From: Auanema rhodensis | Taxonomy: Eukaryota; Animalia; Nematoda | NCBI GenBank assembly: GCA_964057225.1 | Contig: OZ059895.1 | Location: 20,026,001-20,090,000, forward strand | Direction: 5' to 3' | Length of the DNA: 64,000 nt | Part shown: piece after piece, positions 27,716 through 40,400 of the stretch | How the letters are laid out: every line of letters starts with the position of its first letter | Position numbering within the stretch: the first letter of the stretch is position 1 | Notes under the pieces: model-generated | What the model was told of the DNA's origin: nothing | The model's input: the letters and a program-made list of their open reading frames with translations, nothing else | The model's database searches: none | Program-made: the position numbers and the translations under genes

Positions 27716-28012
27716 AAAGGAATCTAAAAACATCTTCTTTTTGCTAAATTATTTTGAAATTTTTCGAAAAAATTTTTGTCAAAATGTTTTTGGAAGCAAT
27801 GTTGAGTGTACATGGAAACTCAACATACACTAATGCATCATTTTTCAAACGATCATAACTAATTTTTGTATTAAGCGTTTCTCAATGTAGTATAGTGCAT
27901 TCGATGCGGATTTTTAAGCTGCGTCGATCTGTGTTATCAGATTTGCGCTAGCTTAAAAATGCACCGACATTTTTTTCGTTGAATAACATTGTCCATCGTC
28001 TTTGCCTTGAAA
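27716..28012. repeat. Truncated 297-bp monomer (54-bp internal deletion)
   Basis: Monomer starts are at 27716 and 28013. The segment from GATATCAACTGATAT to CCCTGAAGAAATT is missing. Confidence 0.95.
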
Positions 28013-31000
28013 AAAGGAATCTAAAAACATCTACTTCTTGCTAAATTATTTTGAAATTTTTCGAAAAAATTTTTGTCAAAATGTTTTTGGAAGCAATGTT
28101 GAGTGTACATGGAAACTCAACATACACTAATGCATCATTTTTCAAACGATCATAACTAATTTTTGTATTAAGCGTTTCTCAATGTAGTATAGTGCATTCG
28201 ATGCGGATTTTTAAGCTGCGTCGATCTGTGTTATCAGATTTGCGCTAGCTTAAAAATGCACCGAGATATCAACTGATATAAGTTCACACTTATATCCTCG
28301 ATTTTCACCCTGAAGAAATTATTTTTTCGTTGAATAACATTGTCCATCGTCTTTGCCTTGAAAAAAGGAATCTAAAAACATCTACTTCTTGCTAAATTAT
28401 TTTGAAATTTTTCGAAAAAATTTTTGTCAAAATGTTTTTGGAAGCAATGTTGAGTGTACATGGAAACTCAACATACACTAATGCATCATTTTTCAAACGA
28501 TCATAACTAATTTTTGTATTAAGCGTTTCTCAATGTAGTATAGTGCATTCGATGCGGATTTTTAAGCTGCGTCGATCTGTGTTATCAGATTTGCGCTAGC
28601 TTAAAAATGCACCGAGATATCAACTGATATATGTTCACACTTATATCCTCGATTTTCACCCTGAAGAAATTATTTTTTCGTTGAATAACATTGTCCATCG
28701 TCTTTGCCTTGAAAAAAGGAATCTAAAAACATCTTCTTTTTGCTAAATTATTTTGAAATTTTTCGAAAAAATTTTTGTCAAAATGTTTTTGGAAGCAATG
28801 TTGAGTGTACATGGAAACTCAACATACACTAATGCATCATTTTTCAAACGATCATAACTAATTTTTGTATTGAGCGTTTCTCAATGTAGTATAGTGCATT
28901 CGATGCGGATTTTTAAGCTGCGTCGATCTGTGTTATCAGATTTGCGCTAGCTTAAAAATGCACCGAGATATCAACTGATATATGTTCACACTTATATCCT
29001 CGATTTTCACCCTGAAGAAATTATTTTTTCGTTGAATAACATTGTCCATCGTCTTTGCCTTGAAAAAAGGAATCTAAAAACATCTACTTCTTGCTAAATT
29101 ATTTTGAAATTTTTCGAAAAAATTTTTGTCAAAATGTTTTTGGAAGCAATGTTGAGTGTACATGGAAACTCAACATACACTAATGCATCATTTTTCAAAC
29201 GATCATAACTAATTTTTGTATTAAGCGTTTCTCAATGTAGTATAGTGCATTCGATGCGGATTTTTAAGCTGCGTCGATCTGTGTTATCAGATTTGCGCTA
29301 GCTTAAAAATGCACCGAGATATCAACTGATATAAGTTCACACTTATATCCTCGATTTTCACCCTGAAGAAATTATTTTTTCGTTGAATAACATTGTCCAT
29401 CGTCTTTGCCTTGAAAAAAGGAATCTAAAAACATCTACTTCTTGCTAAATTATTTTGAAATTTTTCGAAAAAATTTTTGTCAAAATGTTTTTGGAAGCAA
29501 TGTTGAGTGTACATGGAAACTCAACATACACTAATGCATCATTTTTCAAACGATCATAACTAATTTTTGTATTGAGCGTTTCTCAATGTAGTATAGTGCA
29601 TTCGATGCGGATTTTTAAGCTGCGTCGATCTGTGTTATCAGATTTGCGCTAGCTTAAAAATGCACCGAGATATCAACTGATATATGTTCACACTTATATC
29701 CTCGATTTTCACCCTGAAGAAATTATTTTTTCGTTGAATAACATTGTCCATCGTCTTTGCCTTGAAAAAAGGAATCTAAAAACATCTTCTTTTTGCTAAA
29801 TTATTTTGAAATTTTTCGAAAAAATTTTTGTCAAAATGTTTTTGGAAGCAATGTTGAGTGTACATGGAAACTCAACATACACTAATGCATCATTTTTCAA
29901 ACGATCATAACTAATTTTTGTATTAAGCGTTTCTCAATGTAGTATAGTGCATTCGATGCGGATTTTTAAGCTGCGTCGATCTGTGTTATCAGATTTGCGC
30001 TAGCTTAAAAATGCACCGAGATATCAACTGATATAAGTTCACACTTATATCCTCGATTTTCACCCTGAAGAAATTATTTTTTCGTTGAATAACATTGTCC
30101 ATCGTCTTTGCCTTGAAAAAAGGAATCTAAAAACATCTACTTCTTGCTAAATTATTTTGAAATTTTTCGAAAAAATTTTTGTCAAAATGTTTTTGGAAGC
30201 AATGTTGAGTGTACATGGAAACTCAACATACACTAATGCATCATTTTTCAAACGATCATAACTAATTTTTGTATTAAGCGTTTCTCAATGTAGTATAGTG
30301 CATTCGATGCGGATTTTTAAGCTGCGTCGATCTGTGTTATCAGATTTGCGCTAGCTTAAAAATGCACCGAGATATCAACTGATATATGTTCACACTTATA
30401 TCCTCGATTTTCACCCTGAAGAAATTATTTTTTCGTTGAATAACATTGTCCATCGTCTTTGCCTTGAAAAAAGGAATCTAAAAACATCTTCTTTTTGCTA
30501 AATTATTTTGAAATTTTTCGAAAAAATTTTTGTCAAAATGTTTTTGGAAGCAATGTTGAGTGTACATGGAAACTCAACATACACTAATGCATCATTTTTC
30601 AAACGATCATAACTAATTTTTGAATTGAGCGTTTCTCAATGTAGTATAGTGCATTCGATGCGGATTTTTAAGCTGCGTCGATCTGTGTTATCAGATTTGC
30701 GCTAGCTTAAAAATGCACCGAGATATCAACTGATATATGTTCACACTTATATCCTCGATTTTCACCCTGAAGAAATTATTTTTTCGTTGAATAACATTGT
30801 CCATCGTCTTTGCCTTGAAAAAAGGAATCTAAAAACATCTACTTCTTGCTAAATTATTTTGAAATTTTTCGAAAAAATTTTTGTCAAAATGTTTTTGGAA
30901 GCAATGTTGAGTGTACATGGAAACTCAACATACACTAATGCATCATTTTTCAAACGATCATAACTAATTTTTGTATTAAGCGTTTCTCAATGTAGTATAG

Positions 31001-31873
31001 TGCATTCGATGCGGATTTTTAAGCTGCGTCGATCTGTGTTATCAGATTTGCGCTAGCTTAAAAATGCACCGAGATATCAACTGATATAAGTTCACACTTA
31101 TATCCTCGATTTTCACCCTGAAGAAATTATTTTTTCGTTGAATAACATTGTCCATCGTCTTTGCCTTGAAAAAAGGAATCTAAAAACATCTACTTCTTGC
31201 TAAATTATTTTGAAATTTTTCGAAAAAATTTTTGTCAAAATGTTTTTGGAAGCAATGTTGAGTGTACATGGAAACTCAACATACACTAATGCATCATTTT
31301 TCAAACGATCATAACTAATTTTTGTATTGAGCGTTTCTCAATGTAGTATAGTGCATTCGATGCGGATTTTTAAGCTGCGTCGATCTGTGTTATCAGATTT
31401 GCGCTAGCTTAAAAATGCACCGAGATATCAACTGATATATGTTCACACTTATATCCTCGATTTTCACCCTGAAGAAATTATTTTTTCGTTGAATAACATT
31501 GTCCATCGTCTTTGCCTTGAAAAAAGGAATCTAAAAACATCTACTTCTTGCTAAATTATTTTGAAATTTTTCGAAAAAATTTTTGTCAAAATGTTTTTGG
31601 AAGCAATGTTGAGTGTACATGGAAACTCAACATACACTAATGCATCATTTTTCAAACGATCATAACTAATTTTTGTATTAAGCGTTTCTCAATGTAGTAT
31701 AGTGCATTCGATGCGGATTTTTAAGCTGCGTCGATCTGTGTTATCAGATTTGCGCTAGCTTAAAAATGCACCGAGATATCAACTGATATATGTTCACACT
31801 TATATCCTCGATTTTCACCCTGAAGAAATTATTTTTTCGTTGAATAACATTGTCCATCGTCTTTGCCTTGAAA

Positions 31874-32170
31874 AAAGGAATCTAAAAACATCTTCTTTTT
31901 GCTAAATTATTTTGAAATTTTTCGAAAAAATTTTTGTCAAAATGTTTTTGGAAGCAATGTTGAGTGTACATGGAAACTCAACATACACTAATGCATCATT
32001 TTTCAAACGATCATAACTAATTTTTGTATTAAGCGTTTCTCAATGTAGTATAGTGCATTCGATGCGGATTTTTAAGCTGCGTCGATCTGTGTTATCAGAT
32101 TTGCGCTAGCTTAAAAATGCACCGACATTTTTTTCGTTGAATAACATTGTCCATCGTCTTTGCCTTGAAA
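31874..32170. repeat. Truncated 297-bp monomer (same 54-bp deletion)
   Basis: The junction sequence at 32119 is identical to the one at 27961. Confidence 0.95.
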
Positions 32171-35100
32171 AAAGGAATCTAAAAACATCTACTTCTTGCT
32201 AAATTATTTTGAAATTTTTCGAAAAAATTTTTGTCAAAATGTTTTTGGAAGCAATGTTGAGTGTACATGGAAACTCAACATACACTAATGCATCATTTTT
32301 CAAACGATCATAACTAATTTTTGTATTAAGCGTTTCTCAATGTAGTATAGTGCATTCGATGCGGATTTTTAAGCTGCGTCGATCTGTGTTATCAGATTTG
32401 CGCTAGCTTAAAAATGCACCGAGATATCAACTGATATAAGTTCACACTTATATCCTCGATTTTCACCCTGAAGAAATTATTTTTTCGTTGAATAACATTG
32501 TCCATCGTCTTTGCCTTGAAAAAAGGAATCTAAAAACATCTACTTCTTGCTAAATTATTTTGAAATTTTTCGAAAAAATTTTTGTCAAAATGTTTTTGGA
32601 AGCAATGTTGAGTGTACATGGAAACTCAACATACACTAATGCATCATTTTTCAAACGATCATAACTAATTTTTGTATTAAGCGTTTCTCAATGTAGTATA
32701 GTGCATTCGATGCGGATTTTTAAGCTGCGTCGATCTGTGTTATCAGATTTGCGCTAGCTTAAAAATGCACCGAGATATCAACTGATATATGTTCACACTT
32801 ATATCCTCGATTTTCACCCTGAAGAAATTATTTTTTCGTTGAATAACATTGTCCATCGTCTTTGCCTTGAAAAAAGGAATCTAAAAACATCTTCTTTTTG
32901 CTAAATTATTTTGAAATTTTTCGAAAAAATTTTTGTCAAAATGTTTTTGGAAGCAATGTTGAGTGTACATGGAAACTCAACATACACTAATGCATCATTT
33001 TTCAAACGATCATAACTAATTTTTGTATTGAGCGTTTCTCAATGTAGTATAGTGCATTCGATGCGGATTTTTAAGCTGCGTCGATCTGTGTTATCAGATT
33101 TGCGCTAGCTTAAAAATGCACCGAGATATCAACTGATATATGTTCACACTTATATCCTCGATTTTCACCCTGAAGAAATTATTTTTTCGTTGAATAACAT
33201 TGTCCATCGTCTTTGCCTTGAAAAAAGGAATCTAAAAACATCTACTTCTTGCTAAATTATTTTGAAATTTTTCGAAAAAATTTTTGTCAAAATGTTTTTG
33301 GAAGCAATGTTGAGTGTACATGGAAACTCAACATACACTAATGCATCATTTTTCAAACGATCATAACTAATTTTTGTATTAAGCGTTTCTCAATGTAGTA
33401 TAGTGCATTCGATGCGGATTTTTAAGCTGCGTCGATCTGTGTTATCAGATTTGCGCTAGCTTAAAAATGCACCGAGATATCAACTGATATAAGTTCACAC
33501 TTATATCCTCGATTTTCACCCTGAAGAAATTATTTTTTCGTTGAATAACATTGTCCATCGTCTTTGCCTTGAAAAAAGGAATCTAAAAACATCTACTTCT
33601 TGCTAAATTATTTTGAAATTTTTCGAAAAAATTTTTGTCAAAATGTTTTTGGAAGCAATGTTGAGTGTACATGGAAACTCAACATACACTAATGCATCAT
33701 TTTTCAAACGATCATAACTAATTTTTGTATTGAGCGTTTCTCAATGTAGTATAGTGCATTCGATGCGGATTTTTAAGCTGCGTCGATCTGTGTTATCAGA
33801 TTTGCGCTAGCTTAAAAATGCACCGAGATATCAACTGATATATGTTCACACTTATATCCTCGATTTTCACCCTGAAGAAATTATTTTTTCGTTGAATAAC
33901 ATTGTCCATCGTCTTTGCCTTGAAAAAAGGAATCTAAAAACATCTTCTTTTTGCTAAATTATTTTGAAATTTTTCGAAAAAATTTTTGTCAAAATGTTTT
34001 TGGAAGCAATGTTGAGTGTACATGGAAACTCAACATACACTAATGCATCATTTTTCAAACGATCATAACTAATTTTTGTATTAAGCGTTTCTCAATGTAG
34101 TATAGTGCATTCGATGCGGATTTTTAAGCTGCGTCGATCTGTGTTATCAGATTTGCGCTAGCTTAAAAATGCACCGAGATATCAACTGATATAAGTTCAC
34201 ACTTATATCCTCGATTTTCACCCTGAAGAAATTATTTTTTCGTTGAATAACATTGTCCATCGTCTTTGCCTTGAAAAAAGGAATCTAAAAACATCTACTT
34301 CTTGCTAAATTATTTTGAAATTTTTCGAAAAAATTTTTGTCAAAATGTTTTTGGAAGCAATGTTGAGTGTACATGGAAACTCAACATACACTAATGCATC
34401 ATTTTTCAAACGATCATAACTAATTTTTGTATTAAGCGTTTCTCAATGTAGTATAGTGCATTCGATGCGGATTTTTAAGCTGCGTCGATCTGTGTTATCA
34501 GATTTGCGCTAGCTTAAAAATGCACCGAGATATCAACTGATATATGTTCACACTTATATCCTCGATTTTCACCCTGAAGAAATTATTTTTTCGTTGAATA
34601 ACATTGTCCATCGTCTTTGCCTTGAAAAAAGGAATCTAAAAACATCTTCTTTTTGCTAAATTATTTTGAAATTTTTCGAAAAAATTTTTGTCAAAATGTT
34701 TTTGGAAGCAATGTTGAGTGTACATGGAAACTCAACATACACTAATGCATCATTTTTCAAACGATCATAACTAATTTTTGAATTGAGCGTTTCTCAATGT
34801 AGTATAGTGCATTCGATGCGGATTTTTAAGCTGCGTCGATCTGTGTTATCAGATTTGCGCTAGCTTAAAAATGCACCGAGATATCAACTGATATATGTTC
34901 ACACTTATATCCTCGATTTTCACCCTGAAGAAATTATTTTTTCGTTGAATAACATTGTCCATCGTCTTTGCCTTGAAAAAAGGAATCTAAAAACATCTAC
35001 TTCTTGCTAAATTATTTTGAAATTTTTCGAAAAAATTTTTGTCAAAATGTTTTTGGAAGCAATGTTGAGTGTACATGGAAACTCAACATACACTAATGCA

Positions 35101-37435
35101 TCATTTTTCAAACGATCATAACTAATTTTTGTATTAAGCGTTTCTCAATGTAGTATAGTGCATTCGATGCGGATTTTTAAGCTGCGTCGATCTGTGTTAT
35201 CAGATTTGCGCTAGCTTAAAAATGCACCGAGATATCAACTGATATAAGTTCACACTTATATCCTCGATTTTCACCCTGAAGAAATTATTTTTTCGTTGAA
35301 TAACATTGTCCATCGTCTTTGCCTTGAAAAAAGGAATCTAAAAACATCTACTTCTTGCTAAATTATTTTGAAATTTTTCGAAAAAATTTTTGTCAAAATG
35401 TTTTTGGAAGCAATGTTGAGTGTACATGGAAACTCAACATACACTAATGCATCATTTTTCAAACGATCATAACTAATTTTTGTATTGAGCGTTTCTCAAT
35501 GTAGTATAGTGCATTCGATGCGGATTTTTAAGCTGCGTCGATCTGTGTTATCAGATTTGCGCTAGCTTAAAAATGCACCGAGATATCAACTGATATATGT
35601 TCACACTTATATCCTCGATTTTCACCCTGAAGAAATTATTTTTTCGTTGAATAACATTGTCCATCGTCTTTGCCTTGAAAAAAGGAATCTAAAAACATCT
35701 ACTTCTTGCTAAATTATTTTGAAATTTTTCGAAAAAATTTTTGTCAAAATGTTTTTGGAAGCAATGTTGAGTGTACATGGAAACTCAACATACACTAATG
35801 CATCATTTTTCAAACGATCATAACTAATTTTTGTATTAAGCGTTTCTCAATGTAGTATAGTGCATTCGATGCGGATTTTTAAGCTGCGTCGATCTGTGTT
35901 ATCAGATTTGCGCTAGCTTAAAAATGCACCGAGATATCAACTGATATAAGTTCACACTTATATCCTCGATTTTCACCCTGAAGAAATTATTTTTTCGTTG
36001 AATAACATTGTCCATCGTCTTTGCCTTGAAAAAAGGAATCTAAAAACATCTACTTCTTGCTAAATTATTTTGAAATTTTTCGAAAAAATTTTTGTCAAAA
36101 TGTTTTTGGAAGCAATGTTGAGTGTACATGGAAACTCAACATACACTAATGCATCATTTTTCAAACGATCATAACTAATTTTTGTATTGAGCGTTTCTCA
36201 ATGTAGTATAGTGCATTCGATGCGGATTTTTAAGCTGCGTCGATCTGTGTTATCAGATTTGCGCTAGCTTAAAATTGCACCGAGATATCAACTGATATAA
36301 GTTCACACTTATATCCTGGATTTTCACCCTGAAGAAATTATTTTTTCGTTGAATAACATTGTCCATCGTCTTTGCCTTGAAAAAAGGAATCTAAAAACAT
36401 CTACTTCTTGCTAAATTATTTTGAAATTTTTCGAAAAAATTTTTGTCAAAATGTTTTTGGAAGCAATGTTGAGTGTACATGGAAACTCAACATACACTAA
36501 TGCATCATTTTTCAAACGATCATAACTAATTTCTGTATTGAGCGTTTCTCAATGTAGTATAGTGCATTCGATGCGGATTTTTAAGCTGCGTCGATCTGTG
36601 TTATCAGATTTGCGCTAGCTTAAAAATGCACCGAGATATCAACTGATATATGTTCACACTTATATCCTCGATTTTCACCCTGAAGAAATTATTTTTTCGT
36701 TGAATAACATTGTCCATCGTCTTTGCCTTGAAAAAAGGAATCTAAAAACATCTACTTTTTGCTGAATTATTTTGAAATTTTTCGAAAAAATTTTTGTCAA
36801 AATGTTTTTGGAAGCAATATTGAGTGTACATGGAAACTCAACATACACTAATGCATCATTTTTCAAACGATCATAACTAATTTTTGTATTGAGCGTTTCT
36901 CAATGTAGTATAGTGCATTCGATGCGGATTTTTAAGCTGCGTCGATCTGTGTTATCAGATTTGCGCTAGCTTAAAAATGCACCGAGATATCAACTGATAT
37001 ATGTTCACACTTATATCCTCGATTTTCACCCTGAAGAAATTATTTTTTCGTTGAATAACATTGTCCATCGTCTTTGCCTTGAAAAAAGGAATCTAAAAAC
37101 ATCTTCTTTTTGCTAAATTATTTTGAAATTTTTCGAAAAAATTTTTGTCAAAATGTTTTTGGAAGCAATGTTGAGTGTACATGGAAACTCAACATACACT
37201 AATGCATCATTTTTCAAACGATCATAACTAATTTTTGTATTGAGCGTTTCTCAATGTAGTATAGTGCATTCGATGCGGATTTTTAAGCTGCGTCGATCTG
37301 TGTTATCAGATTTGCGCTAGCTTAAAAATGCACCGAGATATCAACTGATATATGTTCACACTTATATCCTCGATTTTCACCCTGAAGAAATTATTTTTTC
37401 GTTGAATAACATTGTCCATCGTCTTTGCCTTGAAA

Positions 37436-40400
37436 AAAGGAATCTAAAAACATCTACTTCTTGCTAAATTATTTTGAAATTTTTCGAAAAAATTTTTGTC
37501 AAAATGTTTTTGGAAGCAATGTTGAGTGTACATGGAAACTCAACATACACTAATGCATCATTTTTCAGACGATCATAACTAATTTTTGTATTAAGCGTTT
37601 CTCAATGTAGTATAGTGCATTCGATGCGGATTTTTAAGCTGCGTCGATCTGTGTTATCAGATTTGCGCTAGCTTAAAAATGCACCGAGATATCAACTGAT
37701 ATAAGTTCACACTTATATCCTCGATTTTCACCCTGAAGAAATTATTTTTTCGTTGAATAACATTGTCCATCGTCTTTGCCTTGAAAAAAGGAATCTAAAA
37801 ACATCTACTTCTTGCTAAATTATTTTGAAATTTTTCGAAAAAATTTTTGTCAAAATGTTTTTGGAAGCAATGTTGAGTGTACATGGAAACTCAACATACA
37901 CTAATGCATCATTTTTCAAACGATCATAACTAATTTTTGTATTGAGCGTTTCTCAATGTAGTATAGTGCATTCGATGCGGATTTTTAAGCTGCGTCGATC
38001 TGTGTTATCAGATTTGCGCTAGCTTAAAAATGCACCGAGATATCAACTGATATAAGTTCACACTTATATCCTGGATTTTCACCCTGAAGAAATTATTTTT
38101 TCGTTGAATAACATTGTCCATCGTCTTTGCCTTGAAAAAAGGAATCTAAAAACATCTACTTCTTGCTAAATTATTTTGAAATTTTTCGAAAAAATTTTTG
38201 TCAAAATGTTTTTGGAAGCAATGTTGAGTGTACATGGAAACTCAACATACACTAATGCATCATTTTTCAAACGATCATAACTAATTTTTGTATTGAGCGT
38301 TTCTCAATGTAGTATAGTGCATTCGATGCGGATTTTTAAGCTGCGTCGATCTGTGTTATCAGATTTGCGCTAGCTTAAAAATGCACCGAGATATCAACTG
38401 ATATAAGTTCACACTTATATCCTGGATTTTCACCCTGAAGAAATTATTTTTTCGTTGAATAACATTGTCCATCGTCTTTGCCTTGAAAAAAGGAATCTAA
38501 AAACATCTACTTCTTGCTAAATTATTTTGAAATTTTTCGAAAAAATTTTTGTCAAAATGTTTTTGGAAGCAATGTTGAGTGTACATGGAAACTCAACATA
38601 CACTAATGCATCATTTTTCAAACGATCATAACTAATTTTTGTATTGAGCGTTTCTCAATGTAGTATAGTGCATTCGATGCGGATTTTTAAGCTGCGTCGA
38701 TCTGTGTTATCAGATTTGCGCTAGCTTAAAAATGCACCGAGATATCAACTGATATATGTTCACACTTATATCCTCGATTTTCACCCTGAAGGAATTATTT
38801 TTTCGTTGAATAACATTATCCATCGTCTTTGCCTTGAAAAAAGGAATCTAAAAACATCTACTTCTTGCTAAATTATTTTGAAATTTTTCGAAAAAATTTT
38901 TGTCAAAATGTTTTTGGAAGCAATGTTGAGTGTACATGGAAACTCAACATACACTAATGCATCATTTTTCAAACGATCATAACTAATTTTTGTATTAAGC
39001 GTTTCTCAATGTAGTATAGTGCATTCGATGCGGATTTTTAAGCTGCGTCGATCTGTGTTATCAGATTTGCGCTAGCTTAAAAATGCACCGAGATATCAAC
39101 TGATATAAGTTCACACTTATATCCTCGATTTTCACCCTGAAGAAATTATTTTTTCGTTGAATAACATTGTCCATCGTCTTTGCCTTGAAAAAAGGAATCT
39201 AAAAACATCTTCTTTTTGCTAAATTATTTTGAAATTTTTCGAAAAAATTTTTGTCAAAATGTTTTTGGAAGCAATGTTGAGTGTACATGGAAACTCAACA
39301 TACACTAATGCATCATTTTTCAAACGATCATAACTAATTTTTGTATTGAGCGTTTCTCAATGTAGTATAGTGCATTCGATGCGGATTTTTAAGCTGCGTC
39401 GATCTGTGTTATCAGATTTGCGCTAGCTTAAAAATGCACCGAGATATCAACTGATATATGTTCACACTTATATCCTCGATTTTCACCCTGAAGAAATTAT
39501 TTTTTCGTTGAATAACATTGTCCATCGTCTTTGCCTTGAAAAAAGGAATCTAAAAACATCTTCTTTTTGCTAAATTATTTTGAAATTTTTCGAAAAAATT
39601 TTTGTCAAAATGTTTTTGGAAGCAATGTTGAGTGTACATGGAAACTCAACATACACTAATGCATCATTTTTCAAACGATCATAACTAATTTTTGTATTGA
39701 GCGTTTCTCAATGTAGTATAGTGCATTCGATGCGGATTTTTAAGCTGCGTCGATCTGTGTTATCAGATTTGCGCTAGCTTAAAAATGCACCGAGATATCA
39801 ACTGATATATGTTCACACTTATATCCTCGATTTTCACCCTGAAGAAATTATTTTTTCGTTGAATAACATTGTCCATCGTCTTTGCCTTGAAAAAAGGAAT
39901 CTAAAAACATCTACTTCTTGCTAAATTATTTTGAAATTTTTCGAAAAAATTTTTGTCAAAATGTTTTTGGAAGCAATGTTGAGTGTACATGGAAACTCAA
40001 CATACACTAATGCATCATTTTTCAGACGATCATAACTAATTTTTGTATTAAGCGTTTCTCAATGTAGTATAGTGCATTCGATGCGGATTTTTAAGCTGCG
40101 TCGATCTGTGTTATCAGATTTGCGCTAGCTTAAAAATGCACCGAGATATCAACTGATATAAGTTCACACTTATATCCTCGATTTTCACCCTGAAGAAATT
40201 ATTTTTTCGTTGAATAACATTGTCCATCGTCTTTGCCTTGAAAAAAGGAATCTAAAAACATCTACTTCTTGCTAAATTATTTTGAAATTTTTCGAAAAAA
40301 TTTTTGTCAAAATGTTTTTGGAAGCAATGTTGAGTGTACATGGAAACTCAACATACACTAATGCATCATTTTTCAAACGATCATAACTAATTTTTGTATT

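Larger units (their letters stand above)
27365..35680. repeat. 12-mer (4158-bp) tandem duplication, 2 copies, each with one 297-bp monomer
   Basis: The deletion junction GCACCGACATTTTTTTCG is at 27961 and 32119. The private SNP TTTGAATTGAG is at 30623 and 34781. Both pairs are 4158 apart (12x351-54). The order of common allele combinations is the same for all 12 monomers in both copies. Confidence 0.95.

Noticed and set aside
8015-36866. Eleven near-identical 63-aa minus-strand ORFs (MKNDALVYVEFPC...)
   Set aside because: They exist only where the satellite SNP GCTAAATT>GCTGAATT turns a minus-strand TAG into CAG. They start at TTG, are closed in the great majority of monomers, and are frameshifted in the four 4-bp-deletion copies. 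Their K/F/I/N-rich composition reflects the A/T tracts, and I recognise no domain. They are useful only as HOR markers.
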